A stretch of 64,000 nt of DNA, taken from assembly GCA_965227305.1 (NCBI GenBank), contig OZ245740.1, positions 9,449,524-9,513,523 of the forward strand, written 5' to 3'. Positions 64,000 through 64,000 of the stretch are shown here, piece after piece (within the stretch, counting starts at the first letter, position 1; every line of letters begins with the position of its first letter). This DNA comes from Limisphaerales bacterium. Its GTDB lineage: Bacteria > Verrucomicrobiota > Verrucomicrobiia > Limisphaerales > AAA164-E04. The position numbers and the translations under genes were made by a program. Below the pieces are notes generated by a model. The model saw only the letters and a program-made list of their open reading frames with translations, was not told the DNA's origin and did not search any database.

Positions 64000-64000
64000 A

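Noticed and set aside
1-64000. Search for prophage, integrative element, toxin-antitoxin or known defence-system genes.
   Set aside because: I recognised no integrase, transposase, recombinase, nuclease/helicase defence module, phage structural gene or flanking tRNA. The window reads as core or accessory chromosomal PVC content rather than a mobile island.

Overview
This is a 64-kb GC-rich chromosomal segment. Its gene content looks like a PVC-superphylum bacterium (Verrucomicrobiota/Planctomycetota-like). The evidence is a PSCyt/DUF1549/DUF1553 + DUF1501 gene pair, two DUF1559-type 'H-X9-DG' prepilin-like proteins, a PVC-type heme-binding dehydrogenase, and several very large multi-domain exported proteins. 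All family names come from motif recognition by eye; no searches were run. I call about 34 protein-coding genes, two of them cut by the window edges. I recognised no rRNA, tRNA, CRISPR array, integrase or transposase.

Main blocks:
(1) 1430-4783: an octaheme cytochrome c gene next to a gene for a heme-domain + putative giant outer-membrane beta-barrel. This is a porin-cytochrome-like pair.
(2) 5093-9224: housekeeping genes, leuS and an alanine/glycine:cation symporter.
(3) 12898-24957: a 10-gene minus-strand operon mixing type II secretion and type IV pilus parts. It has three oversized pilin-like proteins, GspL/M-like proteins, PilT, GspE/PilB, GspF/PilC, a PilP/GspC-like protein and a secretin.
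(4) 25341-40199: exported LamG, dehydrogenase, PSD1/DUF1501 and HEAT-repeat proteins.
(5) 40467-44613: a DUF1559 gene overlapping a GlcNAc 2-epimerase gene, then an apparently exported PEP/pyruvate-binding (ATP-grasp) protein.
(6) 44709-55677: an ECF-type sigma factor with no adjacent anti-sigma gene, a 2048-aa adhesin-like protein, and a divergent Ser/Thr kinase with a WD40-like extracytoplasmic region.
(7) 56739-62564: a 1143-aa exported protein with a degenerate thioredoxin-fold tail, and a cytochrome c / PQQ-type sugar dehydrogenase / HExxH-domain fusion.

Six copies of a ~110-bp palindromic intergenic repeat (28-nt arms) are scattered through the window. Many long ORFs in the track are antisense or alternative-frame artefacts of the high GC content and were rejected.
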